Shown here piece after piece: positions 43,193-51,408 of a stretch of DNA of 51,408 nt. The notes under the pieces are model-generated. The model ran no database searches. It saw only the letters and a list, made by a program, of their open reading frames with translations, and was not told where the DNA came from. The translations under genes were made by a program, and so were the position numbers. Position 1 is the first letter of the stretch. Each line of letters opens with the position of its first letter. Source of the DNA: Solirubrobacterales bacterium (GTDB lineage: Bacteria > Actinomycetota > Thermoleophilia > Solirubrobacterales > 70-9); assembly GCA_030835185.1 (NCBI GenBank), contig JAUQWL010000019.1, positions 1-51,408 on the forward strand. The letters are read 5' to 3'.

Positions 43193-44857
43193 TCAGGCCG
43201 CCCGCCTGGAGTGCCCGACCCGTCGCAGCGCCGCCACCCACTCGTCAGAGTCGATCCGTCCGGTGGCGAGATCGGCGAGTCCCTGCGTCGCTTCGCTGCG
43301 GCAGCCCGAAGCGGCGAGGGTGGCCGCTATCTGCGGCACCGAATCGAGCGACTCGGACGCCTGGCCGATCGTCGCCTTGATCTCTTCTGCGTCACTTCCC
43401 TTTCCCAGCAGTTCGCCGGCCCGCCGGTTCCGGCTGTCGGGTGCCATCACCGTCGCCAGCAGGTCACCCACCCCGGCCAGGCCGTTGAAGGTATCCAGAT
43501 CAGCACCCTTGACCACCGCGAAGTCGACGCACTCCTTCCAGACGGCTGCCGCCGCGATGCCGGCCGCGTTCAGACCGTGGGGTTCGGCCGCGGCGGCGGC
43601 GAGCACTGCCGCGTTCTTGGCTGCGCCGGCCATTTCGACTCCGACGGTGTCGCGCGACCGTTCGCAGATGAGACCGGCCCGGTCGAATACGTCGCCCAGC
43701 TGGGGGCGGAGATCGTCGTCGCCGGTACCGAGCACGAGAGCGGCCGAACCGGAGACCGCCTCCCGGGCGTGCGCGGGCCCCCCGAGGCAGGAGATACCGC
43801 GGACCTTGACCCTCTCGCCGACGTATTCGGACGGCAGCTGACCCTTCGGGGCAATCAGGCCCTTGGCGAGAAGCAGGATGCCGGCACGCTTGCCGACCCT
43901 GTCCGCCACCGCACCGACCGCCTGCGGATAGGCAGCCGAGGGCACAGCCAGGCAGAGCAGGTCGACGCCGGCGAGCTCGATCTCGTTCGACGCCCGGACC
44001 TCGATCGCTTCGGGCAGCCTCACCCCGGGGAGGTACTTTCCGTTCTCACGAGCCTCCGAGATCGCCTCCGCCTGGGCTGCGGTTCGCGTACCGAGCTGGA
44101 CTTCGAGACCACCGCGGGCCAGCAGTACGGCCACCGCCGTACCCCAGCTCCCGGCTCCGATCACGGCTGCGCGGCGCATCGGGGGGAGGCCGCCGATGTC
44201 TTCCCACTGGAGTTCGATGTTCGGCCATATCCGTGAGGTGACCGACGCGGCGAGAGCCGGCGACGGATTCTCGGAGTAAGGGAAGTTCATCGGTCGACCG
44301 ACCCGGATCTTCACTTTGCGCGGCCGGATCCTCCAGCCGCGGCGAACGTTCTCGGTGCCGCTGACGGCCACCGGGAGCACGGCCGCCCCGCTGCGCATGG
44401 CCAGCCGTCCGACACCGCGCTTGGCCGTGCCGAGCGAGCCCTTGCGGATGCGGGTCCCCTCGGGGAAGATGCAGATGGCCCCGCCCCGCTCGAGGACCGT
44501 CTCCGCCGTCTCGATCGCATCTTCGTCAGCTTCGCCGCGACGGATCGGGAGGGCACCGAGGCGGTTCAGAAAGTAGGCCTGCCAGGGCTTCTCGAAGAGT
44601 TCGACCTTGGCTACGTAATTCATCGGCCGGCTCCACGGGAGACAGGTGCCGATCACAAACGGATCGAGGAAGCTCCGGTGGTTGGCCGCGACGATGATTC
44701 CACCCTTGATCCGCGAGTTCTTGCGGCCCTGGCGAGACAGCGCGAAGTAGATGAGAAAGACCGGCTGCAGGAGCACCCTGGCGATCAGGTAGAGGCCACG
44801 GTTCACTCCGTGTCGGCGGGTGAACTCGTGGTAGCTGGCGAGACGCTCTTCGGTCAC
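43193..44857 (-). CDS. plsC/gpsA: In-frame fusion of 1-acyl-sn-glycerol-3-phosphate acyltransferase (PlsC-like) and NAD(P)H-dependent glycerol-3-phosphate dehydrogenase (GpsA)
   Basis: Residues 1-226 carry the acyltransferase motifs 'NHRSFLD' (HX4D) and 'FPEGTR'. From the internal Met at 44179, 'MRRAAVIGAGSWGTAVAVLL...' runs as a full-length GpsA of about 328 aa. No stop codon separates the two parts. Confidence 0.8.
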   Translation of the reverse strand: MTEERLASYHEFTRRHGVNRGLYLIARVLLQPVFLIYFALSRQGRKNSRIKGGIIVAANHRSFLDPFVIGTCLPWSRPMNYVAKVELFEKPWQAYFLNRLGALPIRRGEADEDAIETAETVLERGGAICIFPEGTRIRKGSLGTAKRGVGRLAMRSGAAVLPVAVSGTENVRRGWRIRPRKVKIRVGRPMNFPYSENPSPALAASVTSRIWPNIELQWEDIGGLPPMRRAAVIGAGSWGTAVAVLLARGGLEVQLGTRTAAQAEAISEARENGKYLPGVRLPEAIEVRASNEIELAGVDLLCLAVPSAAYPQAVGAVADRVGKRAGILLLAKGLIAPKGQLPSEYVGERVKVRGISCLGGPAHAREAVSGSAALVLGTGDDDLRPQLGDVFDRAGLICERSRDTVGVEMAGAAKNAAVLAAAAAEPHGLNAAGIAAAAVWKECVDFAVVKGADLDTFNGLAGVGDLLATVMAPDSRNRRAGELLGKGSDAEEIKATIGQASESLDSVPQIAATLAASGCRSEATQGLADLATGRIDSDEWVAALRRVGHSRRAA

Positions 44858-45032
44858 AGGTCTGCTTACACACTCCCGGTCACGGCGTTACAGGCCACCG
44901 GCGGAGGCCCTGGAGGAACTTCTTCGCTGACTCGCCCGCCGATCCTCCGGAAAGACCTCCTGCCCTTCCAGATCGGCTCGCATCTGCGGAGCAGGAAACT
45001 CCGGCCTGATTGCTGCGAGTATGTGAAGTCAG

Positions 45033-45878
45033 ATGGCAGGACTCCATGAAACCTTCCGGGGCCGGCAGAAGACCCTGGTCCTGGGTGGGCTCGGACCGTT
45101 GGACCTGAAACTTGCCTACACGGATCGCGGCGAGGGCAGTCCGATTCTGCTGCTTCACGGAATACCGACCTGGTCGTTTCTCTACCACGACGTGATTCCG
45201 GCCCTCGCAAAACACCACCGTGTGCTCGCCCCCGACCTTCTCGGCCACGGCTACTCCGACCGGCGGGATCGATTCGACAGGTCGCTGGTCGCGCAGATGG
45301 ATGCGATCATCGCCATGCTCGACCTGCTGGCTATCGAGCGAATCAGTTTTGTCGGCCACGATACGGGCGGCGGGGTGGCGCTCATGACCGCCATCGAACA
45401 CCCTGAAAGAGTGGACCGGCTCGTTCTCAGCAACATTGTCGCCTTCGATTCCTGGCCGATAGACGACATGATCGAACTTGGCAACCCGGAGTGGAAAAAG
45501 AAGCCGGCTGAGGCAATCGTCCGGTTTGTCGACTCGGGCCTTCCGGACGGAATTCACAATGTGGAACGGCTGACCGACGGTTTCCGCGAAGGAATAGTTG
45601 CCCCGTACGCCGATGAAGAGGGCAAGATCAGCCTGATCCGGAACGCCAGTTCCCTGAACACCAACCACACGACGGCACTCATCGACCGCCACCGGGAGAT
45701 CGAGGCCGCAACCCTGCTGCTCTGGGGGGTTCACGATCCGTGGCAACCGCTCGCCGACGGCAGGCGACTGGAAGCGGAGATCCCGAACTCCCGCCTTCAA
45801 CCTGTGGAAGCCTCACACTGGATCCCGTGGGACGCCCCGGACGAATTCTCCGGGGGCATCCTCGACTTCCTTGCCTGA
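45033..45878 (+). CDS. Alpha/beta hydrolase, haloalkane dehalogenase/epoxide hydrolase-like (Asp nucleophile)
   Basis: It has 'LLLHGIPTWSFLY' and the nucleophile elbow 'VGHDTGGG' with Asp rather than Ser. Confidence 0.75.
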   Translation: MAGLHETFRGRQKTLVLGGLGPLDLKLAYTDRGEGSPILLLHGIPTWSFLYHDVIPALAKHHRVLAPDLLGHGYSDRRDRFDRSLVAQMDAIIAMLDLLAIERISFVGHDTGGGVALMTAIEHPERVDRLVLSNIVAFDSWPIDDMIELGNPEWKKKPAEAIVRFVDSGLPDGIHNVERLTDGFREGIVAPYADEEGKISLIRNASSLNTNHTTALIDRHREIEAATLLLWGVHDPWQPLADGRRLEAEIPNSRLQPVEASHWIPWDAPDEFSGGILDFLA

Positions 45879-45926
45879 CTGACCCGGACGGGGCGAGAGG
45901 CGCTACCGGACTTCGGTTTCCGCCAC

Positions 45927-46682
45927 TTACTCGATCTCCTCCGGCTCCTCATACCATCGCTTGCGCTCGCCCACCCGAGCGCGGATCTTCCACGATCTCG
46001 ACTTCGGGGCCGCTTCGATCGCCGCCTCGATCCTGGTTATCGCCGCCTCGATCCGTTGTTTCTCTTCAGGGCTCAGGTCGGGCTCGTCCACCCCCTCGCG
46101 CAGTCTCGCGAAGTTCAGCTCGAGCGTGTGGAAGAGACCCCAGTCGGAGGAAGCGAGTTCGGCAATCCAGTCTGCGTCGATCGAGTGCTCCTCGGTTCCG
46201 GCCGACACCGGGAAGCCGAGCAGGAGCGCATAGCAATCGCCACGATCTTTGGCGTTGAGCTGGATCACCTGGAGCTTCGTCAGGAGCAGGTCTGCGGGCG
46301 AGAGCGTCTCCGAACTGCAGCTGAAACGATCCGTGAGGGGGAGCTTGTGGCACATCTCGAAGCGATCGACAAAACCGTCGATCTTGTGCCCCGTATCCGG
46401 ATCGTAAAAAAGCAGGCGCCGGGCTCCGTTCAGCGCGTTGAACTCCCGGTTCGGTTCCCAGCCGAGTTCGACCAGCGCGGCTTCGACCGCGGACCCGTCC
46501 GCCTTCGTCGTGATCAGATCGATGTCGCCGTGGTCACGAATCAGCCCGGGGTGGCAACGGTCGCCCAGAGCCATACGAACGGCGATCCCTCCCAGCAGTC
46601 TCACCTCGAGTCCTCTCGACTCCATCTCGTCGAGCACTCGTCTCGCTTCTCTGCCGAGGTCCGGCTGTATCTGACCCGTCAC
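45927..46682 (-). CDS. Minimal nucleotidyltransferase-fold protein (NTP_transf_5-like, uncharacterised)
   Basis: The 'LLGGIAV...' ... 'HGDIDLI' pattern (G[GS]...DxD) fits polymerase-beta-type nucleotidyltransferases. The GTG start has a GGAG 4 nt upstream. It is the last gene of the operon. Confidence 0.55.
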   Translation of the reverse strand: MTGQIQPDLGREARRVLDEMESRGLEVRLLGGIAVRMALGDRCHPGLIRDHGDIDLITTKADGSAVEAALVELGWEPNREFNALNGARRLLFYDPDTGHKIDGFVDRFEMCHKLPLTDRFSCSSETLSPADLLLTKLQVIQLNAKDRGDCYALLLGFPVSAGTEEHSIDADWIAELASSDWGLFHTLELNFARLREGVDEPDLSPEEKQRIEAAITRIEAAIEAAPKSRSWKIRARVGERKRWYEEPEEIE

Positions 46683-46694
46683 GGTTCTCCGAGG

Positions 46695-47681
46695 CTATCC
46701 GCTGATGAACTGGTGTTTGACATCCCGATCCCCGCGAAGAGCCAGCAGGCAGCCCGATATCCGGCCCGTGTGGTAATCGCTGCCGGGGTTGATGCAGAGG
46801 GTGGAGCCGATCCGGGTCGCCCCGGCGCTCTCGTGGACGTGACCATGCAGTGCGAGCAGGGGCTGGTACTTCTCGATCACTTCCCGGACCCCGGTTGAGC
46901 CAACCGGAATCTTCTTGGGTTCGGAGCCCGCCATGACCACCTGGAGTTCATCGTCGAGCTCAGGCGCCGTGTCAAGCTGTGAGTCGTACGGCGGAACGTG
47001 GAGGTTGAAGATGCACTTCGACAGATCCGGAACCTGCTCGGCGAGCGCGCTGACCCGCTGGACGATCTCGTCTTCCGGGAGCTCACGCGGCGAGTCGAAC
47101 GGCGTGATGTTCGAATAGCCGAGCGAGACCATCGAATAGCCGTCGAATTCAACCACGCGCCCATCGCATGCCTCGACGCCGGAAGCCCGCTCGATCGCCT
47201 CTTCGACCCCGGGTGGATCGTCGTTCCCGGGCATGACGAAACATCTTGCCTGCGATCCGGTCAGTCGTTCGCCCGCGAGCGCGAGCCAGTCCCCGAAGGT
47301 CTCCAGCATCACGGTCGCGAACCAGTCCTCACGCTCGTCCTCTGAAAGTGCGGCTACCCGTTGGACCTCTCCGGGCGCCATGCGATGAGGGTACATCCCT
47401 TTGCCGCGAATCTGGTGTTCCAGTTCAACCAGATCTTCCTCGCCGGTTACCGTGCGCCGTTCCCCGAAGAGCTCGACCTCGTATGTGTCACCCGACCCGA
47501 CCAGCGGGATGACCGCTTTGCCTGTCAGGTCCCCGCCCATCACGAGAACATCAGCCTCGTACGTCTTTGCTGCGTTCAGGAACTTGCGCCAGAGCACCTC
47601 GGTCCCGTGAATGTCGGAGGCATAGAACAGACGGACGGGTTTTTCACCCGTCCGTCCACCCTTGCGGTTGAAGAGACCCAC
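46695..47681 (-). CDS. Metallophosphoesterase (calcineurin-like) family protein
   Basis: It has the motifs 'ASDIHG', 'MGGDLTGK', 'PGNDD' and 'LHGHVHE'. Confidence 0.8.
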   Translation of the reverse strand: MGLFNRKGGRTGEKPVRLFYASDIHGTEVLWRKFLNAAKTYEADVLVMGGDLTGKAVIPLVGSGDTYEVELFGERRTVTGEEDLVELEHQIRGKGMYPHRMAPGEVQRVAALSEDEREDWFATVMLETFGDWLALAGERLTGSQARCFVMPGNDDPPGVEEAIERASGVEACDGRVVEFDGYSMVSLGYSNITPFDSPRELPEDEIVQRVSALAEQVPDLSKCIFNLHVPPYDSQLDTAPELDDELQVVMAGSEPKKIPVGSTGVREVIEKYQPLLALHGHVHESAGATRIGSTLCINPGSDYHTGRISGCLLALRGDRDVKHQFISG

Positions 47682-47684
47682 CCG

Positions 47685-49310
47685 CTACTCCGGCGGAAGC
47701 TCGCGGTGGGAGAGCGAGAGGTCGATTCCCTGACTCTTGCGGATCGCCCTCGCCACACCGTAGATGACGAATGCCGCGACATAGACAGCGAGAGCCAGCT
47801 GCAGCTTGCCTGGGTTGGCACTCAGGCTCGCACCCGACCCTTCGTCCCACAGAATGATGCCGATCGCCGTTCCGAAGCCAAGGAGCGACAACACCCCGAC
47901 CAGGGAGATCAGCGGTATCCCCAGCACCCTGCGGTCATAGGGCGAACCTTCGACCATCGCCGGCTGCCGGAACGGAAGCACGATTCCCGACACCGCGGTG
48001 ATCAGCAGGGTCAACGAAAGACCGAGCAGTACGGAGACGGCGCTGAACCAGTCGGTGAATGCGTAGATCGCGGTACTTCCGATGCTGAGAAGCAGCATCA
48101 CCCCGATCGCGATCAGCGGTGACCGGGATTTCGGATCGACGTACGAGAGCTTCTCCGGCATGATCCGGTCGAATGACCAGGCGAACATGCTGCGACTTGC
48201 CAGAAGCAGAGTCTGCGGCAGCCAGAGGAGCAGCCCGCCGGCGAAGCCTAGGATGATCACGGTTCCGAGAACGGCGCTGTTGGACGCGATAGCCATGATT
48301 TCCGGATATGCGGGGGCACCCGCCGCGAACCCGTAGGCCGCAGGATCGGCGAATCCGAGCATTCCGTTGAAGTCGTAGTCGGCCACGCCGAGGTACGCCG
48401 GCATCAGAAGCAGCAGGGCGATGACGACCAGCGCTACGGCCCCGGGCATCGACTTCAGGTGAGTCCCGCGGGTTACGCGAATCTCGCCCGCAAAGTAGTT
48501 GCTCGAATAGATGAAGCCGAAGATGAACCAGAAGATCGAAACCGACTTCACGGTAGCCTCGAAATCGAAGCTCGACGAGGCGTAGCCGGCATCGCCGGCG
48601 GATTGCGTGAGTGCACCGACCGCGTCGGTGACACCGAGATTGGCCGCGTACTCGTTGAAGCTGCTGAGGAATCCGGCTTCGCTCTGGAACAGGCCGACGA
48701 TCATGGGGATCAGGAAAGCGCCCAGGATGTAGAGACCGAAGCCCGCCGCCTGAACCTTGAAGAACAGCCTCGTGCCTCCACGGATGAAGAGCGCTGCCGA
48801 AAGGAGCAACGCGACCGTGCCGGTGATGAAGAGTCCCCACTCGGTGGAGAACCAGTCGCCGAAGTCGACCCATCCGGTAGAGCCGGTGAAACCGGTCATC
48901 ATGCGGCCCCAGGCGCCCATTCCGTAGGCGGCGAAGTAGGTCGTGTACACGCCGATCACGATTGCCAGCCAGAAGACGTAGCTGAAGTTTCCGGCGAAAC
49001 CGATGCTGGGATGCAGCGCCCGGCTGTTGAAGACGTAGTCGCCACCTGTCCGCGGCATGATCTGGGTCAGCATCGCGTAGAGGAACGACCCCGGCAATCC
49101 CAGCCCGGCCGCGATCAGGAAGCCGAGATACGGGTTCGCACCGGGGTAAAATGCAAAGAACAGCCAGTAGAAAGCAAAGGTCAGAGCGACGCTCGACCAG
49201 AGCAGATTGTAAAACAGGGCATCCCGGGTCTTGGCCTCACGAACGAGCCCGGTCGCTTTCCTGGTGAATAGAGCCGGAGACGACCCGCCGGCCTGACTTT
49301 CGGTACTCAT
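47685..49310 (-). CDS. APC-superfamily amino acid/polyamine permease
   Basis: This 541-aa protein has roughly 12 or more hydrophobic segments. A strong AAGGAG SD precedes the ATG. It has an ATGA overlap with the upstream gene. Confidence 0.75.
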   Translation of the reverse strand: MSTESQAGGSSPALFTRKATGLVREAKTRDALFYNLLWSSVALTFAFYWLFFAFYPGANPYLGFLIAAGLGLPGSFLYAMLTQIMPRTGGDYVFNSRALHPSIGFAGNFSYVFWLAIVIGVYTTYFAAYGMGAWGRMMTGFTGSTGWVDFGDWFSTEWGLFITGTVALLLSAALFIRGGTRLFFKVQAAGFGLYILGAFLIPMIVGLFQSEAGFLSSFNEYAANLGVTDAVGALTQSAGDAGYASSSFDFEATVKSVSIFWFIFGFIYSSNYFAGEIRVTRGTHLKSMPGAVALVVIALLLLMPAYLGVADYDFNGMLGFADPAAYGFAAGAPAYPEIMAIASNSAVLGTVIILGFAGGLLLWLPQTLLLASRSMFAWSFDRIMPEKLSYVDPKSRSPLIAIGVMLLLSIGSTAIYAFTDWFSAVSVLLGLSLTLLITAVSGIVLPFRQPAMVEGSPYDRRVLGIPLISLVGVLSLLGFGTAIGIILWDEGSGASLSANPGKLQLALAVYVAAFVIYGVARAIRKSQGIDLSLSHRELPPE

Positions 49311-50110
49311 GATTCTCCTTCGTTCGATGCTTCCTGGACAGAGACATGCAGATCGGTTCGGACGTGGCGCAGGTAGTCGACGATCTCCGCCGTCTGCTCA
49401 CGCGCCGGGTCGATTTCGACGGTGATCACTCCTTCGCCGTCTCCCAGCTCCTCGATGACCGAGCCATCGGGCGCGATCGCCCGCGAGCGGCCCACGAAGT
49501 GGTGGCCGGCTTCGTCGCCGGTACGGTTGACGTAGAGGTGGTGCCGACGGTTGTCGAGGGCGCGGGCCCGACTGGCAACGAAGTGGTCTTCGCTGTAGGG
49601 GTCCATGTTGGACGCGATGGTGATCAGGAGCTCGGCTCCCGATTCCGCGAGCTTCCGCGCCGGCTCGGGGAACTCGACGTCGAAACAGATCAGCGGACCG
49701 ACAGCGGTTCCGGCGAGCATCAGAACTTCCAGTTCATCCCCCTGCCGGAATCCGGCGTTCTCGGCCGGGCCGAAAAGGTGGGTCTTGCGGTAAACCCCGG
49801 CAAGCGAGCCGTCACTGTCGAAACAGGCTGCGGAATTGCCGAAGATCCCGTTTTCGCGATCGATCGCCTCCGAGAAACCGACCACGGCAGCGGTACGACA
49901 ACGCTGACAGCTTTCGGCAATTGAAGTGAGCTGCCTGCCTCCCAGAGCAAGTGCCCGGGATTCAAGGGAATCGGTCGAATATCCGCAGAGGAAGAGCTCC
50001 GGGAAAATCGCGAGATCGCAGTCGGCATGCTCCTCGATCAGAGCGCAGACGCGTTCGCTGTTCCGGGCCGAATCGGCTTCCGGCTCGATCTGGGCGAGCA
50101 GCGCCTTCAT
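49307..50110 (-). CDS. Carbon-nitrogen hydrolase (nitrilase superfamily amidase)
   Basis: The Glu-Lys-Cys triad context is present: 'IFPELFLCGY', 'YRKTHLFG' and 'LICFDVEFPE'. Confidence 0.8.
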   Translation of the reverse strand: MKALLAQIEPEADSARNSERVCALIEEHADCDLAIFPELFLCGYSTDSLESRALALGGRQLTSIAESCQRCRTAAVVGFSEAIDRENGIFGNSAACFDSDGSLAGVYRKTHLFGPAENAGFRQGDELEVLMLAGTAVGPLICFDVEFPEPARKLAESGAELLITIASNMDPYSEDHFVASRARALDNRRHHLYVNRTGDEAGHHFVGRSRAIAPDGSVIEELGDGEGVITVEIDPAREQTAEIVDYLRHVRTDLHVSVQEASNEGES

Positions 50111-51099
50111 CAGTCGAGACCGGCTCCGGCGTGAAAAGCCATAGCTTCAAGTGCGATTCGGCCGCCCATGAGAGCAGTCATCGAGGTTGAGTCCAGACTC
50201 GGTGCGACCTCGGCCACGTCAACTCCGAGCAGGCCACCTGCGGAAATTCCTCTTACGAGTTCAATCGCCTCCCGGCTGGTCAGCCCACCCGGGGTCGGAC
50301 AGCAGGTTCCCGGTGCATGCGCACCGTCGACAGAGTCGATGTCGAACGAAAGGTAGATCCCGTCGCCTGCTCCGGCTACTTCGCGTGCTTTCTCGGCTGC
50401 CCATTTCGTTCCTTTGTCCCAGATCTCCTCGAGCCAGATGATGGTGATCCCGTGTTCCCGGCAGTAGGCCAGCTCGGTCTTCGGGTTCATCCACCCCGAT
50501 ATCCCGACCAGCACGACCTTCGCCGGATCGAAACCCGCATCAACCGCCCTGGTTATCGGGCAGCAGTGGTTGAGGAGCTCGCCGCCCACATCGGGGGCGG
50601 TATCGAGGTGTGTGTCGACGAGCACGAGACCGGGATCGGCGTGCTTCTCGGCAGTGATGCGAGCAGCCGGGATCGTGATCGAGTGATCTCCTCCGAAGAC
50701 CACAGGCAGAGCACCGGAGTCGATGATCTGACCGATGTCCTCCTGCGCTCGGGCAAACGTCTTCTCTGCGTTGGCGAGCACGACCTCGGTGTCGCCGGTA
50801 TCGACCGGGTTCAATGCTTCGAGCAGATCGAAACCGAGCGTGGCGTTGAAAGTCAGGAACTGACAGGACACGTCACGAATACCTCGGGGCCCGTAGTTGG
50901 CACCACTGCGACTGATGCTGGTCGCGTCGAAGGGGATGCCGTAGATGGCGGCCTTGGCACCGTGCTCGCGGAGGTCTTCTGCCCGGGGGGCGACGTGGGG
51001 AAGCCGGAGGAACGTATTGCTCAGGCCTGCGTGGAGCAGGCTGGTCCACATCGTGGGGTCAGCTGCGGCCGGGGGCGCGGTCGGGCTGGACTCGTTCAT
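50110..51099 (-). CDS. Ureohydrolase (agmatinase/guanidino-acid hydrolase family)
   Basis: The Mn-binding motifs 'GGDHSIT', 'VDTHLDT' and 'SFDIDSVDGAHAPG' are present. The ATG at 51099 is preceded by a GAGGAG SD. The stop overlaps the next start (TGATG). Confidence 0.85.
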   Translation of the reverse strand: MNESSPTAPPAAADPTMWTSLLHAGLSNTFLRLPHVAPRAEDLREHGAKAAIYGIPFDATSISRSGANYGPRGIRDVSCQFLTFNATLGFDLLEALNPVDTGDTEVVLANAEKTFARAQEDIGQIIDSGALPVVFGGDHSITIPAARITAEKHADPGLVLVDTHLDTAPDVGGELLNHCCPITRAVDAGFDPAKVVLVGISGWMNPKTELAYCREHGITIIWLEEIWDKGTKWAAEKAREVAGAGDGIYLSFDIDSVDGAHAPGTCCPTPGGLTSREAIELVRGISAGGLLGVDVAEVAPSLDSTSMTALMGGRIALEAMAFHAGAGLD

Positions 51100-51147
51100 C
51101 GCTCTCCTCAAGGTCGAATACCGATATTTGGCGCATCACGCTTCTGA

Positions 51148-51197
51148 AGAAACGCTTCCGCAGAATCATTCTCAGTAGTAGCAGAAACGCTTCCGCA
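51148..51197. promoter_or_regulatory. Two direct copies of AGAAACGCTTCCGCA spaced 35 bp apart, candidate LacI-family operators
   Basis: The copies at 51148-51162 and 51183-51197 are identical. Each contains an imperfect dyad around a central CG (GAAACG/CTTCC). A third ACGCTTC lies at 51138-51144. All sit in the divergent region between the ureohydrolase operon and the LacI gene. Confidence 0.5.
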
Positions 51198-51223
51198 CGT
51201 CAAGAAGCCTTAGGCTGTACACG

Positions 51224-51408
51224 GTGGCTCCGAAGCGAAACAACCGGATCGGCATCAGGGATGTGGCCGCCGCCGCAGGGGTTTCCACGACCACCGTTTC
51301 GAACGCCCTGAGCGGAAAAGGGCGCCTTTCAGCCGCGACGCGGGAGAGCATCGCGCTGGTGGCCGACGAACTCGGATACCGCCCGAATGCCAACGCGAGA
51401 AACCTCGT
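51224..51408 (+). CDS. LacI-family transcriptional regulator, N-terminal HTH only (runs off the window)
   Basis: Manual translation from GTG 51224 gives 'VAPKRNNRIGIRDVAAAAGVSTTTVSNALSGKGRLSAATRESIALVADELGYRPNANARNL', the canonical LacI/PurR HTH. It is absent from the ORF track because no stop codon falls inside the window. Confidence 0.8.
   Translation, partial: MAPKRNNRIGIRDVAAAAGVSTTTVSNALSGKGRLSAATRESIALVADELGYRPNANARNL

Noticed and set aside
51172-51393. A 73-aa minus-strand ORF at the right edge of the window.
   Set aside because: The plus strand of the same region encodes a textbook LacI-family HTH starting at GTG 51224, so the minus-strand ORF is spurious.

Overview
This is a very GC-rich, gene-dense segment that looks chromosomal. 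Third codon positions are strongly G/C-biased, GTG/TTG starts are common, and many neighbouring genes share ATGA/GTGA/TGATG start-stop overlaps. It is most compatible with an Actinomycetota-type genome, but that lineage call is only a guess from gene content and composition. I support about 50 protein-coding genes. I recognised no rRNA, tRNA, CRISPR array, integrase or transposase.

Gene content, left to right:
- WS/DGAT (3' part) and an anaerobic sulfatase-maturating radical-SAM enzyme
- DUF59, FxsA, an unknown protein and a HAD hydrolase
- AddB/AddA helicase-nuclease and XseA/XseB
- HxlR, the MarP protease and a class-B PBP
- a Tat-exported Cys-type sulfatase with a divergent TetR regulator
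- a small envelope-protein cluster with an orphan ParA
- a lysA-hom-thrC ... thrB amino-acid operon, interrupted by vapBC plus an antiporter/ABC-2 module
- a CWB2 cell-wall-binding protein and an MBL hydrolase
- an NADP oxidoreductase, an orphan polyamine-type binding lipoprotein and hydrolases
- an LLM oxidoreductase, a thiolase and a 3-hydroxyacyl-CoA dehydrogenase
- a pterin dehydratase, a rhomboid protease, a DUF4383 protein and an ECF sigma/anti-sigma pair
- an in-frame PlsC-GpsA fusion
- a LacI-linked five-gene operon: ureohydrolase, CN-hydrolase, APC permease, metallophosphoesterase and nucleotidyltransferase

Nothing here looks like a classical mobile island or a known defence system. 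The points most worth a second look are:
- the unusual LacI-linked operon
- the PlsC-GpsA fusion
- two tandem-repeat arrays that each begin exactly at the stop codon of a minus-strand gene; one carries eight G3 tracts and the other carries repeated GTCCCGGGAC palindromes
- the split threonine operon
- candidate operators for the TetR and LacI regulators

All functional calls come from motif and family recognition by eye. No searches were run.
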